A stretch of DNA of 64,000 nucleotides, taken from positions 32,001-96,000 of the forward strand of contig CBDFFH010000052.1 of the NCBI GenBank assembly GCA_965246715.1, given 5' to 3'. The position numbers and the translations under genes were made by a program. This document shows positions 43,044 to 52,023 of the stretch, piece after piece (position 1 is the stretch's first letter; each line of letters begins with the position of its first letter). Below the pieces are notes generated by a model. It worked only from the letters and a program-made list of their open reading frames with translations. It had not been told where the DNA came from and did no database searches. Source of the DNA: Chamaesiphon sp. GTDB taxonomy: Bacteria; Cyanobacteriota; Cyanobacteriia; Cyanobacteriales; Chamaesiphonaceae.

Positions 43044-43116
43044 GCTGGCGTAGCTCAGTTGGTAGAGCAGCTGATTTGTAATCAGCCGGTCGGGGGTTCG
43101 AATCCGTCCGCCAGCT
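43044..43116 (+). tRNA. trnT: tRNA-Thr(UGU)
   Basis: GCTGGCGTAGCTCAGTTGGTAGAGCAGCTGATTTGTAATCAGCCGGTCGGGGGTTCGAATCCGTCCGCCAGCT. Confidence 0.95.
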
Positions 43117-43124
43117 TTCAAATG

Positions 43125-43166
43125 AAACAGAGTCGAGTTTTTAATTAAGCTCGACTCTGTTTTTTT
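43125..43166 (+). terminator. Intrinsic terminator after tRNA-Thr
   Basis: aaacagagtcgag / ctcgactctgttt followed by a T-run. Confidence 0.85.
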
Positions 43167-43282
43167 AGTATGCAGTTGCGTTCGGAATTAGTAGAGACTT
43201 TTTGGCAAAAAAGATCGGTGGTTCGTCTCTACACACGATCGCCTAAACTAAATTTAATAATTTTCCATCGCCACACACTCAG

Positions 43283-43319
43283 AAACAGCCCGATTTCTAT
43301 TAGTAGAAATCGGGCTGTT
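43283..43319 (-). terminator. Terminator hairpin of cpcG
   Basis: aacagcccgatttcta / tagaaatcgggctgtt. Confidence 0.75.
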
Positions 43320-43348
43320 CGAGATGAATTAGACACCCGCCATCAAAT

Positions 43349-44095
43349 TTAGCGGCGGGGTACTAAGTTTTGATAATCGATGTTGTAGGGTGAAATTGTT
43401 TGAGGTAGATTGCCGATCGCACCCAAACTTTTTGCCATGTTCGCAAACAGCGCGGGATCGCCAGTTTTTGGCTTTTGGTCTTGGGGCTTGTAACCGCGAA
43501 CGGCAGCTTGCCAAGAAGCTTTGGGGAAACCGAGTTTGCGACGATAGTATGCGTCGTAGCGGGGCGATTGAATGTTAAATGGTAGCTCGCTGGCACCGGA
43601 GGGTAGTACCCGCCGACGTTGGTAGGGCACGATGCTATCGCCAAAGTTTTCTAAGTACTCATCGCTATTGAGTAAATCGTTGATGAAGCCAGCGCGACCT
43701 TTAGTTGCAATGACGATCGACCAAGCAATTTTTTCCGCTTCGTTGTAGACATCGCGACCGAGAATCTTTTGGATGCAATGCGTGACAAACCGATAGTTGC
43801 TATTGAGATTGTAGAAACTATTTGTAAAGGTATTGGATAAGCACAAGCCTCGGATAAAGTCGCGCACGGTGATTTGGCCGTTGCGGAGTTGCGATTCCAA
43901 GAATTTTTCTCGATCGGCAGCAAATGCATGGAAGAAAATCTGCCGATACGCTGCTTCGATCAGATTGCCGATCTCACCCGAAGATAGCAGGTTATCAGTC
44001 GAAAAAATTCGCTCTTGCTCGTCGCCAGCTACTTCATAGCCTTTGACGCGCGTGTTTTGCGACGAAGGCTTGTATTCTAATAATGGAAGTGACAT
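43349..44095 (-). CDS. cpcG: Phycobilisome rod-core linker
   Basis: [37 protein letters not shown]; hydrophilic C-terminus, so not CpcL. Confidence 0.95.
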   Translation of the reverse strand: MSLPLLEYKPSSQNTRVKGYEVAGDEQERIFSTDNLLSSGEIGNLIEAAYRQIFFHAFAADREKFLESQLRNGQITVRDFIRGLCLSNTFTNSFYNLNSNYRFVTHCIQKILGRDVYNEAEKIAWSIVIATKGRAGFINDLLNSDEYLENFGDSIVPYQRRRVLPSGASELPFNIQSPRYDAYYRRKLGFPKASWQAAVRGYKPQDQKPKTGDPALFANMAKSLGAIGNLPQTISPYNIDYQNLVPRR

Positions 44096-44291
44096 ATATT
44101 TAAAGTTCTCTTCTTACGAAACTTTACAAATTTTTCTCATCATAATCCCGATTTGGTGTCCGATCTCGACCCCGAGGCGAAAACATTACATTCCTTAATT
44201 TTCTCTCAACCTTACGGCTATCAACCTTCCTGCTAATTTCGATCGCACCACTTTGGCTCACTAGGGAGAGGAGTGGTAAGTGAGTTATTTA

Positions 44292-44463
44292 TTAGTGAGA
44301 TGCGGAGATCTGACCCACCCCACCGCTACGCGGCACCCCTGTCTTGTTGCGCTTTTCGCGTCGGGAAACCCGACGGGCGTGCACCGCTCCTTGGAGGGGA
44401 ATTTACCAGCCAGCCACTGTTCACTGTTCACTGTTCACTATTCACTATTCACTATTCACTATC
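44292..44463. repeat. Small dispersed repeat C with 46-nt hairpin insert (44341-44386) plus (CACTRTT)n heptamer array
   Basis: Reverse-complement homologue of 13354-13443 with an insert after cacccct. Confidence 0.85.
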
Positions 44464-44767
44464 CCCAATCATCCACAATCGGCAGATCCGGCAAGCGGAG
44501 TTTGGGAAACCGATAAAAAGTATCACCATCATCATCGACCTCGGGAATGCCATTGAGGAGCCGGACTTGCTCGTCGAGAAAGATTTTGGCATCTTGACTG
44601 CTAACCTGAGAAATTGCAACTAGTTGAATCAACGAAATACAACTATCTTGCTGCCGCAACAACTGGTAAAATGCTGCTTCTAGCCGTTTGCGTCGATTGG
44701 AATTATAGACAAATCCTGCTGTTCCTGCCCCTAAACCCAACAACATCAGTAATTGAATCAAGCCCAT
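44459..44767 (-). CDS. Small membrane-anchored hypothetical protein
   Basis: MGLIQLLMLLGLG...L...FY.LL....G.ISLIQL...A..FL...EVDD.G...Y.FP; start ATG 44767 inferred. Confidence 0.7.
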   Translation of the reverse strand: MGLIQLLMLLGLGAGTAGFVYNSNRRKRLEAAFYQLLRQQDSCISLIQLVAISQVSSQDAKIFLDEQVRLLNGIPEVDDDGDTFYRFPKLRLPDLPIVDDWG

Positions 44768-45095
44768 AAGGATGAATACTTGGCGATCGATATATAGTGC
44801 AAGTATAGCGACTTTGGCGCACTCGTCCCCGATCGCAGTGACATCTACCACCAAGACCGTGACAATAGTAATCGAGATCGCCGATAATAGCACTGGAAAG
44901 ATCTCAATCGGGCATTGAGACGATCGATAACTTACCGATCGTCTGTATTTGTACAACCTTTCTTGTTGCGCTTCTCGGTGCGACACCCGCTGCTCGATCT
45001 CTACCTGGTTGCGCCTAGAGTTTACCGCTGCCAGGATCGGGACACCCGACTGAAGCACAGAGCAACGCTATTCCCTATCTTATATCCCCCTATTC

Positions 45096-46709
45096 GTGGA
45101 TGAACATCCTTCTCTAAATATTGCGGTAGCCCGATTGAGTGGCACCGAGCCAGGTAACTATGCCGTATGGGTGCTCAAAGCGCCATATCCTGGCGGCTAT
45201 ACGCTGGAAAACAGCAATTGGAATGTCCGCCTCACTCAAATCTGGCTGGGCTGGCAAGAGCTATTTAGCCCCGGCAGTAAGCCCTATTGTTTGCCCTGTC
45301 ATCAAAATATCGAGATCCCACCATTAGATTTGGAGAGTGTCACTCCAGTAGCTGAAGATATCCCCCAAATCTATAGCAGTAGACTGATGCAAGGGTTGGG
45401 ATTAAATTTGTGGCAGTGGCTATTTAGCAGGCAGGTAGGTAATGCTTTCTCGCAAAGTCGCGGCATGGCGCTCGGCCAGGGCAAATTGCTCCGGCTGCGC
45501 TTGGAAGTCCGCGATCCGGACTTGATCCCCTTGCCGTGGGAAATCATCCAGCCACAGTCCGGGAAACCCGCGATCTCGATCGATCGACAGGTACTCTTTA
45601 GCCGGACAAATAGCGATGTCGATCCGCTACCACCACAACGGCTCGATCGATCGATTAAGATCCTGTTGGTGCTCGGTCAGAATATTCCTGGCGGTCGCCA
45701 TCTCGATCTCCAGCAGGAATCTGCCACGATCGCGCAAGCATTGCGAAATACGATGCCGACGGGCTTCAATCCGCCCAATAAGCTCAATCCCGCAGGTTGC
45801 CAAGTTACGACATTAGTTCGACCGACTCCCGAAGCACTGATTACCGAGTTGGAAAGTCAGCCCTACAATTTATTCTTCTATGCCGGACATGGGATGGCAG
45901 CACCGGATGGCGGGTTGTTGCTGCTCAATGACAATGGCGGCCTCAATGGTACCGAACTCGCCCAAGTGCTCGTCCGGCGTGGGGTCAAATTAGCCGTATT
46001 TAATTCTTGCTGGGGCGCACAACCTTACCAACATCTCCAGCAAGCCGTCCCGCGCAGCAGTCTGGCAGAAGTGTTACTCCATCACGGTGTGCCTGCGGTG
46101 CTAGCGATGCGCGATACGATTGCCGATCGCGAGTCATTGAGCTTTATCCAGACCTTTACCCAGGCTTTAGCTCACCGCCTGAGCATCGACGAAGCAGTCG
46201 CGATCGCCAGACAACAACTGTTGACGGTATTTAAGTATAATCAACCTGCTTGGACGCTGCCGATCCTATACATGCATCCCGAGTTTAATGGGGAATTAAT
46301 CAGACCGCTCACTGAAGCGATTACCGAAATTCCGTCCATTCCCTACGCAATCCCCGCCGCATATATGCGATCGTTGAGTTTTCATACCAATCCGGATTTC
46401 CCGATCGTGGGTGGGTTGATGCGCGTCGGGAGAGCGGAGGATAATGATTTATTCGTCTCCGAACCTTGGGTCTCCCAACGCCATGCCGAAATTATCTACC
46501 GTTCGTCATCAACTAGCGATCCGCTCGGTGGGGTCTATTATCTGCGGGACTCTTCCCGCTTTGGCAGTTATGTCCTCACCGATGAAAATAAGTGGCATAA
46601 AGTCCATGCCCGCGAATTTCCATTGCGATCGGGAATGCAGATCAAATTTGGGAGTGAGGAAGGACAGATTTTAGAATTTAGAATCGAGCTGTCGATGGGG
46701 GATCTCTAG
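45096..46709 (+). CDS. CHAT (caspase-like, HetF-related) protease fused to a C-terminal FHA domain
   Basis: LPWE, YAGHG, FNSCWG dyad; FHA motifs VGR..DND, VSQRHA, D.SRFG. Confidence 0.9.
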   Translation: MDEHPSLNIAVARLSGTEPGNYAVWVLKAPYPGGYTLENSNWNVRLTQIWLGWQELFSPGSKPYCLPCHQNIEIPPLDLESVTPVAEDIPQIYSSRLMQGLGLNLWQWLFSRQVGNAFSQSRGMALGQGKLLRLRLEVRDPDLIPLPWEIIQPQSGKPAISIDRQVLFSRTNSDVDPLPPQRLDRSIKILLVLGQNIPGGRHLDLQQESATIAQALRNTMPTGFNPPNKLNPAGCQVTTLVRPTPEALITELESQPYNLFFYAGHGMAAPDGGLLLLNDNGGLNGTELAQVLVRRGVKLAVFNSCWGAQPYQHLQQAVPRSSLAEVLLHHGVPAVLAMRDTIADRESLSFIQTFTQALAHRLSIDEAVAIARQQLLTVFKYNQPAWTLPILYMHPEFNGELIRPLTEAITEIPSIPYAIPAAYMRSLSFHTNPDFPIVGGLMRVGRAEDNDLFVSEPWVSQRHAEIIYRSSSTSDPLGGVYYLRDSSRFGSYVLTDENKWHKVHAREFPLRSGMQIKFGSEEGQILEFRIELSMGDL

Positions 46710-46758
46710 CGATGTGCGATCGATTGGCGATGCTCTGATACAACGGTTACGTCCGCAA

Positions 46759-47400
46759 TTAGAGCCAAGCCGCTAATTCGGCCAAACCCAAACCCTCGCG
46801 AATTACTGCTGGCGGATCGATCGTCATGTCCAGTACCGTCGAGACTTCCATCCCTGGCTCGGAACCATCATCGATAATGATATCCACAAACTTCTCCAGT
46901 TCGTCAAATAATCTCGCTTTTTCCACCCCTAATGTCGGCTGATAACCATCATCATCCTGAGTGTGTGCGGATGCTGAAACGATCGGATTGCCAAGATTTT
47001 CGAGCAAGATTTGGCACAATGTATGTTTCGGCACTCTGATGCCAGTAGTTTTCCGCTTGGGATCTTGGACGAGTTTGGGAACGAGCTTGGTAGCAGGTAA
47101 AATAAATGTATAAGTTCCTGGAATTAGATGTTTCATCAACCGATAAGCCGGATCGGAAACGACGGCATATTCAGAGATATTCGATAACGACTGACACAAA
47201 AAAGTCAATGGTTTATCGTTGGACATCCGTTTGATCTGGCGAACACGATCGACGGCCATCTTGGAGTTGATGTCGCAACCGATCGCATATACGGTATCTG
47301 TGGGATAGAGCATAACCGCACCATTGCGCAATGCGGCAACGATCTCGTCAATCCGTCGTGTCTGAGGTGTTTGAGGATGAATTTCGTATGTAGTTGTCAT
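46759..47400 (-). CDS. Sua5/YciO/YrdC family (threonylcarbamoyl-AMP synthase-like)
   Basis: YPTDTVYA.GC, KPL, PG.YTFIL, GIRVP, STVLD, REG. Confidence 0.92.
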   Translation of the reverse strand: MTTTYEIHPQTPQTRRIDEIVAALRNGAVMLYPTDTVYAIGCDINSKMAVDRVRQIKRMSNDKPLTFLCQSLSNISEYAVVSDPAYRLMKHLIPGTYTFILPATKLVPKLVQDPKRKTTGIRVPKHTLCQILLENLGNPIVSASAHTQDDDGYQPTLGVEKARLFDELEKFVDIIIDDGSEPGMEVSTVLDMTIDPPAVIREGLGLAELAAWL

Positions 47401-47538
47401 GGTTTAGGGGATAGTAGATAGTGAATGATAAGTGACTCGTTCTAACCTTACTCACCACACCCGATCGGCGGCAGGGAGCAAGAGGAAGTAAGACATGGTA
47501 ATAAGCAATAACTAATAACCAATAAATAATCACAATCC

Positions 47539-49023
47539 ATGAAAATTGCTTATTTAGAATGCCAGACTGGAATTGCTGGGGATATGTGTTTGGGTGCATT
47601 AGTCGATGCAGGCGTACCCTTAGAATATTTAAGAACCCAGCTCGATCGATTGGGAATTAAATCTGAATATCACTTGAGATCGGAAAAAGTCCACCACAAC
47701 GGCCAAATTGCGACTAAGGTACATGTAGATTTGACGGCGAGCCACTCATCTCACGCACATCCCCATCCCCATCATCCCACACCAGCTAGCGGTGTAGCGA
47801 GATTAGACCATCCCCACCATCATCACGACCATTCACATCCTCACGAACACGCTCATCCACATCCTCCAGCACCTGCGAATAGTTTAGCGAGAGAACTCGG
47901 CCATCCACACCATCCCCATCACGCACCGCCTCCAACGAGAGATGCTGCACCTTCACACGATCGCCACGACGATCTGCACCATCATCACTACGATACGCCC
48001 CAGCGCAATCTACCGCAAATCGAAAACCTAATTAATGGGGCAAATCTGCCTACCAGAGCAGCTCAGTGGAGTTTGGACGTATTTCGCAAATTAGCGATCG
48101 CCGAGGGTGCAGTCCACGGTATCGACCCAGCTGAGGTACATTTTCATGAGGTCGGCGCTGTCGATGCGATCGTCGATATCGTCGGTACTTGTTTGGGCTT
48201 AGATTATCTGAAGATCGATCGCATTTACTGTTCGGCGCTCCCAACAGGTGGTGGCACCGTCCGCGCCGCACATGGGATTCTGCCCGTACCAGTGCCTGCG
48301 GTACTCAAGTTATTTGCCGCGCGTCAGGTGCCAATATATAGTAATGGCATCGATCGAGAGTTGGTGACACCTACAGGTGCCGCACTCGCTGTGACTTTAG
48401 CAACTGAATTTGGCGCGGCTCCACCGATGCAATTAGCGCAAATCGGTTTGGGTGCAGGCACGATCGAATTATCGATTCCGAATATTTTACGTCTCTGGTT
48501 GGGCACAGCTAGCGATCCTGTCGCTCAGTCACATGTCCGAGCAGAATGTTTGGAAACGATCGAAGTTCTATCTACCCAAATCGACGATATGAATCCACAA
48601 GCGATTGGGTATATATTCGATCGCTTATTTCAAGCTGGGGCGGTTGATGTCTTTACCCAGCCAGTTGGCATGAAAAAATCTCGTCCCGGAATTTTGTTGA
48701 CAGTTATTTGTCCGTTGGAGCGATCGCTTGACTGCGAACAGATTATCTTTAAACAGACTAGTACGCTCGGCATTCGCCGCGAGCGTCAGACTCGATCGAT
48801 CTTACCTAGAGAAATTGAAATTGTTACAACGATGTATGGGGATGTCCGAGTGAAAATCGCGCGAAATAATTTAGTTGGGACTAATGAAGTTGTCAATGTG
48901 CAACCTGAATACGAAGATTGTATCGAACTTGCCGAGTCCAATCGGGTCTCCTGGAAAGACGTGTATCGATCGGTACTAACAAACTGGCAGCGCCAGCGAT
49001 CGAGTCTAGACTCCAGTAACTAA
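47539..49023 (+). CDS. larC: Nickel-pincer cofactor biosynthesis protein LarC with long His-rich insert
   Basis: GIAGDM.LGAL, VHFHEVGAVD.IVD, ELVTPTGA, IDD, MKK.RPG, PEYED. Confidence 0.95.
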   Translation: MKIAYLECQTGIAGDMCLGALVDAGVPLEYLRTQLDRLGIKSEYHLRSEKVHHNGQIATKVHVDLTASHSSHAHPHPHHPTPASGVARLDHPHHHHDHSHPHEHAHPHPPAPANSLARELGHPHHPHHAPPPTRDAAPSHDRHDDLHHHHYDTPQRNLPQIENLINGANLPTRAAQWSLDVFRKLAIAEGAVHGIDPAEVHFHEVGAVDAIVDIVGTCLGLDYLKIDRIYCSALPTGGGTVRAAHGILPVPVPAVLKLFAARQVPIYSNGIDRELVTPTGAALAVTLATEFGAAPPMQLAQIGLGAGTIELSIPNILRLWLGTASDPVAQSHVRAECLETIEVLSTQIDDMNPQAIGYIFDRLFQAGAVDVFTQPVGMKKSRPGILLTVICPLERSLDCEQIIFKQTSTLGIRRERQTRSILPREIEIVTTMYGDVRVKIARNNLVGTNEVVNVQPEYEDCIELAESNRVSWKDVYRSVLTNWQRQRSSLDSSN

Positions 49024-49095
49024 TCCAAAATGATGGATTTGGAGCAGCAATTCTCATACTGACGTGAATTACTCAAGCACCTTAGTGATGCAACC

Positions 49096-49140
49096 AATAA
49101 AATATGCCCGACTTCTACAAGAAGTCGGGCATATTTTATT
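49096..49140. terminator. Bidirectional terminator between larC and hslO
   Basis: aataaaatatgcccgacttc / gaagtcgggcatattttatt. Confidence 0.9.
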
Positions 49141-49150
49141 AGCAAAAAGA

Positions 49151-50047
49151 CTATTCACTAACAACCAATTCACCAACCAATTGAGAAAGCTTCTCCTCAC
49201 TGACGTGATAGACTTCGCCACAAAAATCACAAGTAGCCTCAGCACCCTTGTCTGTAGCGATCATATCCTCTAATTCGTCCGTGCCTAAAAGCTTGAGTGC
49301 GCCCAACATCCGTTGTTCGGAACAAGGACAAGCGAACTTCAACTCTTTTTGCTCGGGGAAAATATTTAGTTCGAGATCGCCAAGTAGTTCTTCTAAAATA
49401 GCTGGCAGATCTTTGCCCGATTGCAATAATGGGGTAAACCCTTGCAACCGAGTGACTCGCTCCTCTAATAGTGCTACCAATGAGTCATCTCGTGCGGCTT
49501 TGGGTAAAACTTGGATTAAGATGCCCCCAGCCGACTGGACGCTGTGACTATTCATCGATACACCTAATACCAGTGCCGAAGGTGTCTGCTCGGAACTATA
49601 GAGATAGTTGGCCACATCATCGCCGACTTCTCCCGAAACTAGCTCGACCGTACTCGAATAAGGCCGACCATAGCCCAGATCGCGATAGATATAAACAAAC
49701 CCTTCATTACCGATCGCGCCACCGACATCTAATTTGCCAGCAGCATTGAGCGGTACTTCAATATGGGGATGATTGACATAGCCCCGGACGGTGCCATCCA
49801 CGCCAGCATCGACCATTAAGCCACCGATCGGCCCATTCCCTTTGATGCGGAGATTGACGCGTGCAAACTTGGTTTTCATGCCGGATGTGAGCAACAAACC
49901 TGCTGTCATCGCCCGGCCTAAGGCATCTGTAGACACTGCGGAAAGGCGATGTCGCACTCTGGCTGTTTCGGTCAGATCGGTAGTAATTGCTGCTACAGCT
50001 TTAATTCCACCACCTGCTGCCGTTGCTCGAATCGATCGATCGGTCAT
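49151..50047 (-). CDS. hslO: Hsp33 redox chaperone
   Basis: G.GP.G, SEQTPS, CPCS...CDFC. Confidence 0.97.
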   Translation of the reverse strand: MTDRSIRATAAGGGIKAVAAITTDLTETARVRHRLSAVSTDALGRAMTAGLLLTSGMKTKFARVNLRIKGNGPIGGLMVDAGVDGTVRGYVNHPHIEVPLNAAGKLDVGGAIGNEGFVYIYRDLGYGRPYSSTVELVSGEVGDDVANYLYSSEQTPSALVLGVSMNSHSVQSAGGILIQVLPKAARDDSLVALLEERVTRLQGFTPLLQSGKDLPAILEELLGDLELNIFPEQKELKFACPCSEQRMLGALKLLGTDELEDMIATDKGAEATCDFCGEVYHVSEEKLSQLVGELVVSE

Positions 50048-50409
50048 AACTTGTCTTTAAATATTCCTTTAGATATTTTAACGCTCCACCCATAGCCGAG
50101 CGAGTGTGGAAAATCCCGATGGCAAATTCGGTTAGCATCCATCTCTGGTAGACCGGATCGGGTTAAGATGGGTTGGTGTATGGACATCGATGACTCTCGG
50201 AAGTCGATCGGCTTACCGATCCCAGCTAATTGCCGATCGAATCACAGCAGACACAATACTGTAACAGTCGCACAATTTTGAGCGAAGATTATTAGCCCAT
50301 CGGCAACTTTTTTGCTGTAGCTTGTCCCCACGGAACTCTCGTGTGTGAGGGCGGACGATCTGCGCCAAGCTCATCAATAATCATCAACATTACTACTTCC
50401 AGATAACAA

Positions 50410-51756
50410 ATGACCGATCGCAGCTTACAGTTAACCGTTGAAGAATCTTCGGTACCAACCATTGATTGGTCGGCAGGCATGGGCTATCGACAACTGAAAG
50501 CGGCGATCGTCCTCAGTGGTTTATTGGTGGGGGTCATCGCACTACATCTACTGACTTGGGGTTACCTCCTCGCGTGGGGAGCCACAGGGATATTTTGCTT
50601 TCGCGCACTGAGATTGGTCTCGACGAAAGTAGCCCCACCGCCAGTATTTGTGCCACCCCAGACTTATCCCTTTATTTCGCTAGCGATTGCTGCCAAAAAT
50701 GAAGCCGCAGTGATTGCCGATTTAGTCCATAGCTTATGTACGCTCGAATATCCAGCCGATCGCTATGAAGTTTGGGCGATCGACGATAATAGTACCGATC
50801 GGACTGCAGAAATCTTAGACCAACTTGCGACGAGATACCCCCAACTGCAAGTCCTCCACCGCACTGGGATGACGACAGGTGGTAAGTCGGGAGCGCTCAA
50901 TCAAGTGCTGACCCTAATGCAGGGCGATATCATCGGTGTATTCGATGCTGATGCACAGGTCGCACCTGACTTGCTACAACATGTTTTGGCTTACTTCCAA
51001 ACCGAGACCGTTGGCGCGATCCAACTACGTAAGGCGATCGCTAATAGCAGTACCAATTTTCTCACACGCGGTCAGCGGGCAGAGATGGCGCTGGATGCTT
51101 ATCTCCAGCAACAACGGATTGCCAGCGGTGGGATCGGCGAACTCCGTGGTAACGGTCAATTCGTCCGCCGGAAGGCGCTAGATAGTTGCGATGGCTGGAA
51201 TGAAGAAACGATCACTGACGACTTGGATCTGACGATTCGACTACACCTGACTGGCTGGCAAATCGAATTGATGCCCTATCCCCCAGTGCTAGAAGAAGGT
51301 GTCACTACTGTCAAAGCGCTATGGAATCAGCGCAATCGCTGGGCCGAAGGGGGTTTTCAACGCTATATCGATTACTGGAGCGAGATTTCCAGCAATCGGA
51401 TGGGGACAAAAAAAACACTCGACCTGATTTCTTTTCTATTGATTCAATATCTGTTACCGCCAGCAGGTATTCCCGACTTCCTGATGGCTCTGTGGCTCAG
51501 GCATCCCCCCTTGTTACTGCCGATGACCGCTTCCTTGGGTGTCGCGCTGCCATTGTGGGCCACTTGGGTGGGACTACGGCGCAGCTATCACCAAGCCAAC
51601 CAGCCGGCGAATATTGCGACCCTCCTCGCGCAAACGGCGATCGGCTCGCTATTCGTGTTGCACTGGCTGGTAATTATGCCCTTCGCGATCGCGCGGATGG
51701 CAATTTTTCCCAAACGCTTAAAATGGGTTAAAACCCCGAGACAGGCTGACCTGTAA
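50410..51756 (+). CDS. mgdA: GT2 glycosyltransferase, probably monoglucosyldiacylglycerol synthase
   Basis: AKNE, DDNSTD, GGKSGALN, FDAD, ELRGNGQF, TDDLD, QRNRWAEGG..RY, WVKT. Confidence 0.85.
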   Translation: MTDRSLQLTVEESSVPTIDWSAGMGYRQLKAAIVLSGLLVGVIALHLLTWGYLLAWGATGIFCFRALRLVSTKVAPPPVFVPPQTYPFISLAIAAKNEAAVIADLVHSLCTLEYPADRYEVWAIDDNSTDRTAEILDQLATRYPQLQVLHRTGMTTGGKSGALNQVLTLMQGDIIGVFDADAQVAPDLLQHVLAYFQTETVGAIQLRKAIANSSTNFLTRGQRAEMALDAYLQQQRIASGGIGELRGNGQFVRRKALDSCDGWNEETITDDLDLTIRLHLTGWQIELMPYPPVLEEGVTTVKALWNQRNRWAEGGFQRYIDYWSEISSNRMGTKKTLDLISFLLIQYLLPPAGIPDFLMALWLRHPPLLLPMTASLGVALPLWATWVGLRRSYHQANQPANIATLLAQTAIGSLFVLHWLVIMPFAIARMAIFPKRLKWVKTPRQADL

Positions 51757-52023
51757 CTGATGAGCGATCCAAGTTTAGTTGGTAGCGATTGCTACATCGA
51801 GTTGAGGGATAAACTCCAGCTCGATTGGAGCAATGCTGGTCGATCGCGATGATTTTCAAACAGAGAGAAGCTGACGGGGACACAATTTCGAGCGATTGCG
51901 GCACTCCTAATCCCTAACTTCTGACGAAACCAAATAATCTCGCAATCGCTGGGCATACTGAGTATATATGGATAGATCGCTACTTAGACCATTATCTGTA
52001 AATCAAACAGTGTGGCACAATAA

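Noticed and set aside
43044..43116. tRNA as integration site of a prophage or island (also tRNA-Gly at 15494)
   Set aside because: No integrase, and no duplicated tRNA 3' end seen in the window.
43349..44095. Calling this gene cpcL
   Set aside because: No hydrophobic C-terminal membrane anchor.
44273..44623. Overlapping ORFs with LFTVHCS/LFTIHYS repeats (also 13239..13511 and 26658..26931)
   Set aside because: They are translations of heptamer arrays and dispersed repeat C.
45000..45070. Possible glutamine (glnA) riboswitch suggested by CTGAAGCA...GCAACGC
   Set aside because: It lacks the GGAAGTA core and matching 5' strand I would expect; only an Rfam search could support it.
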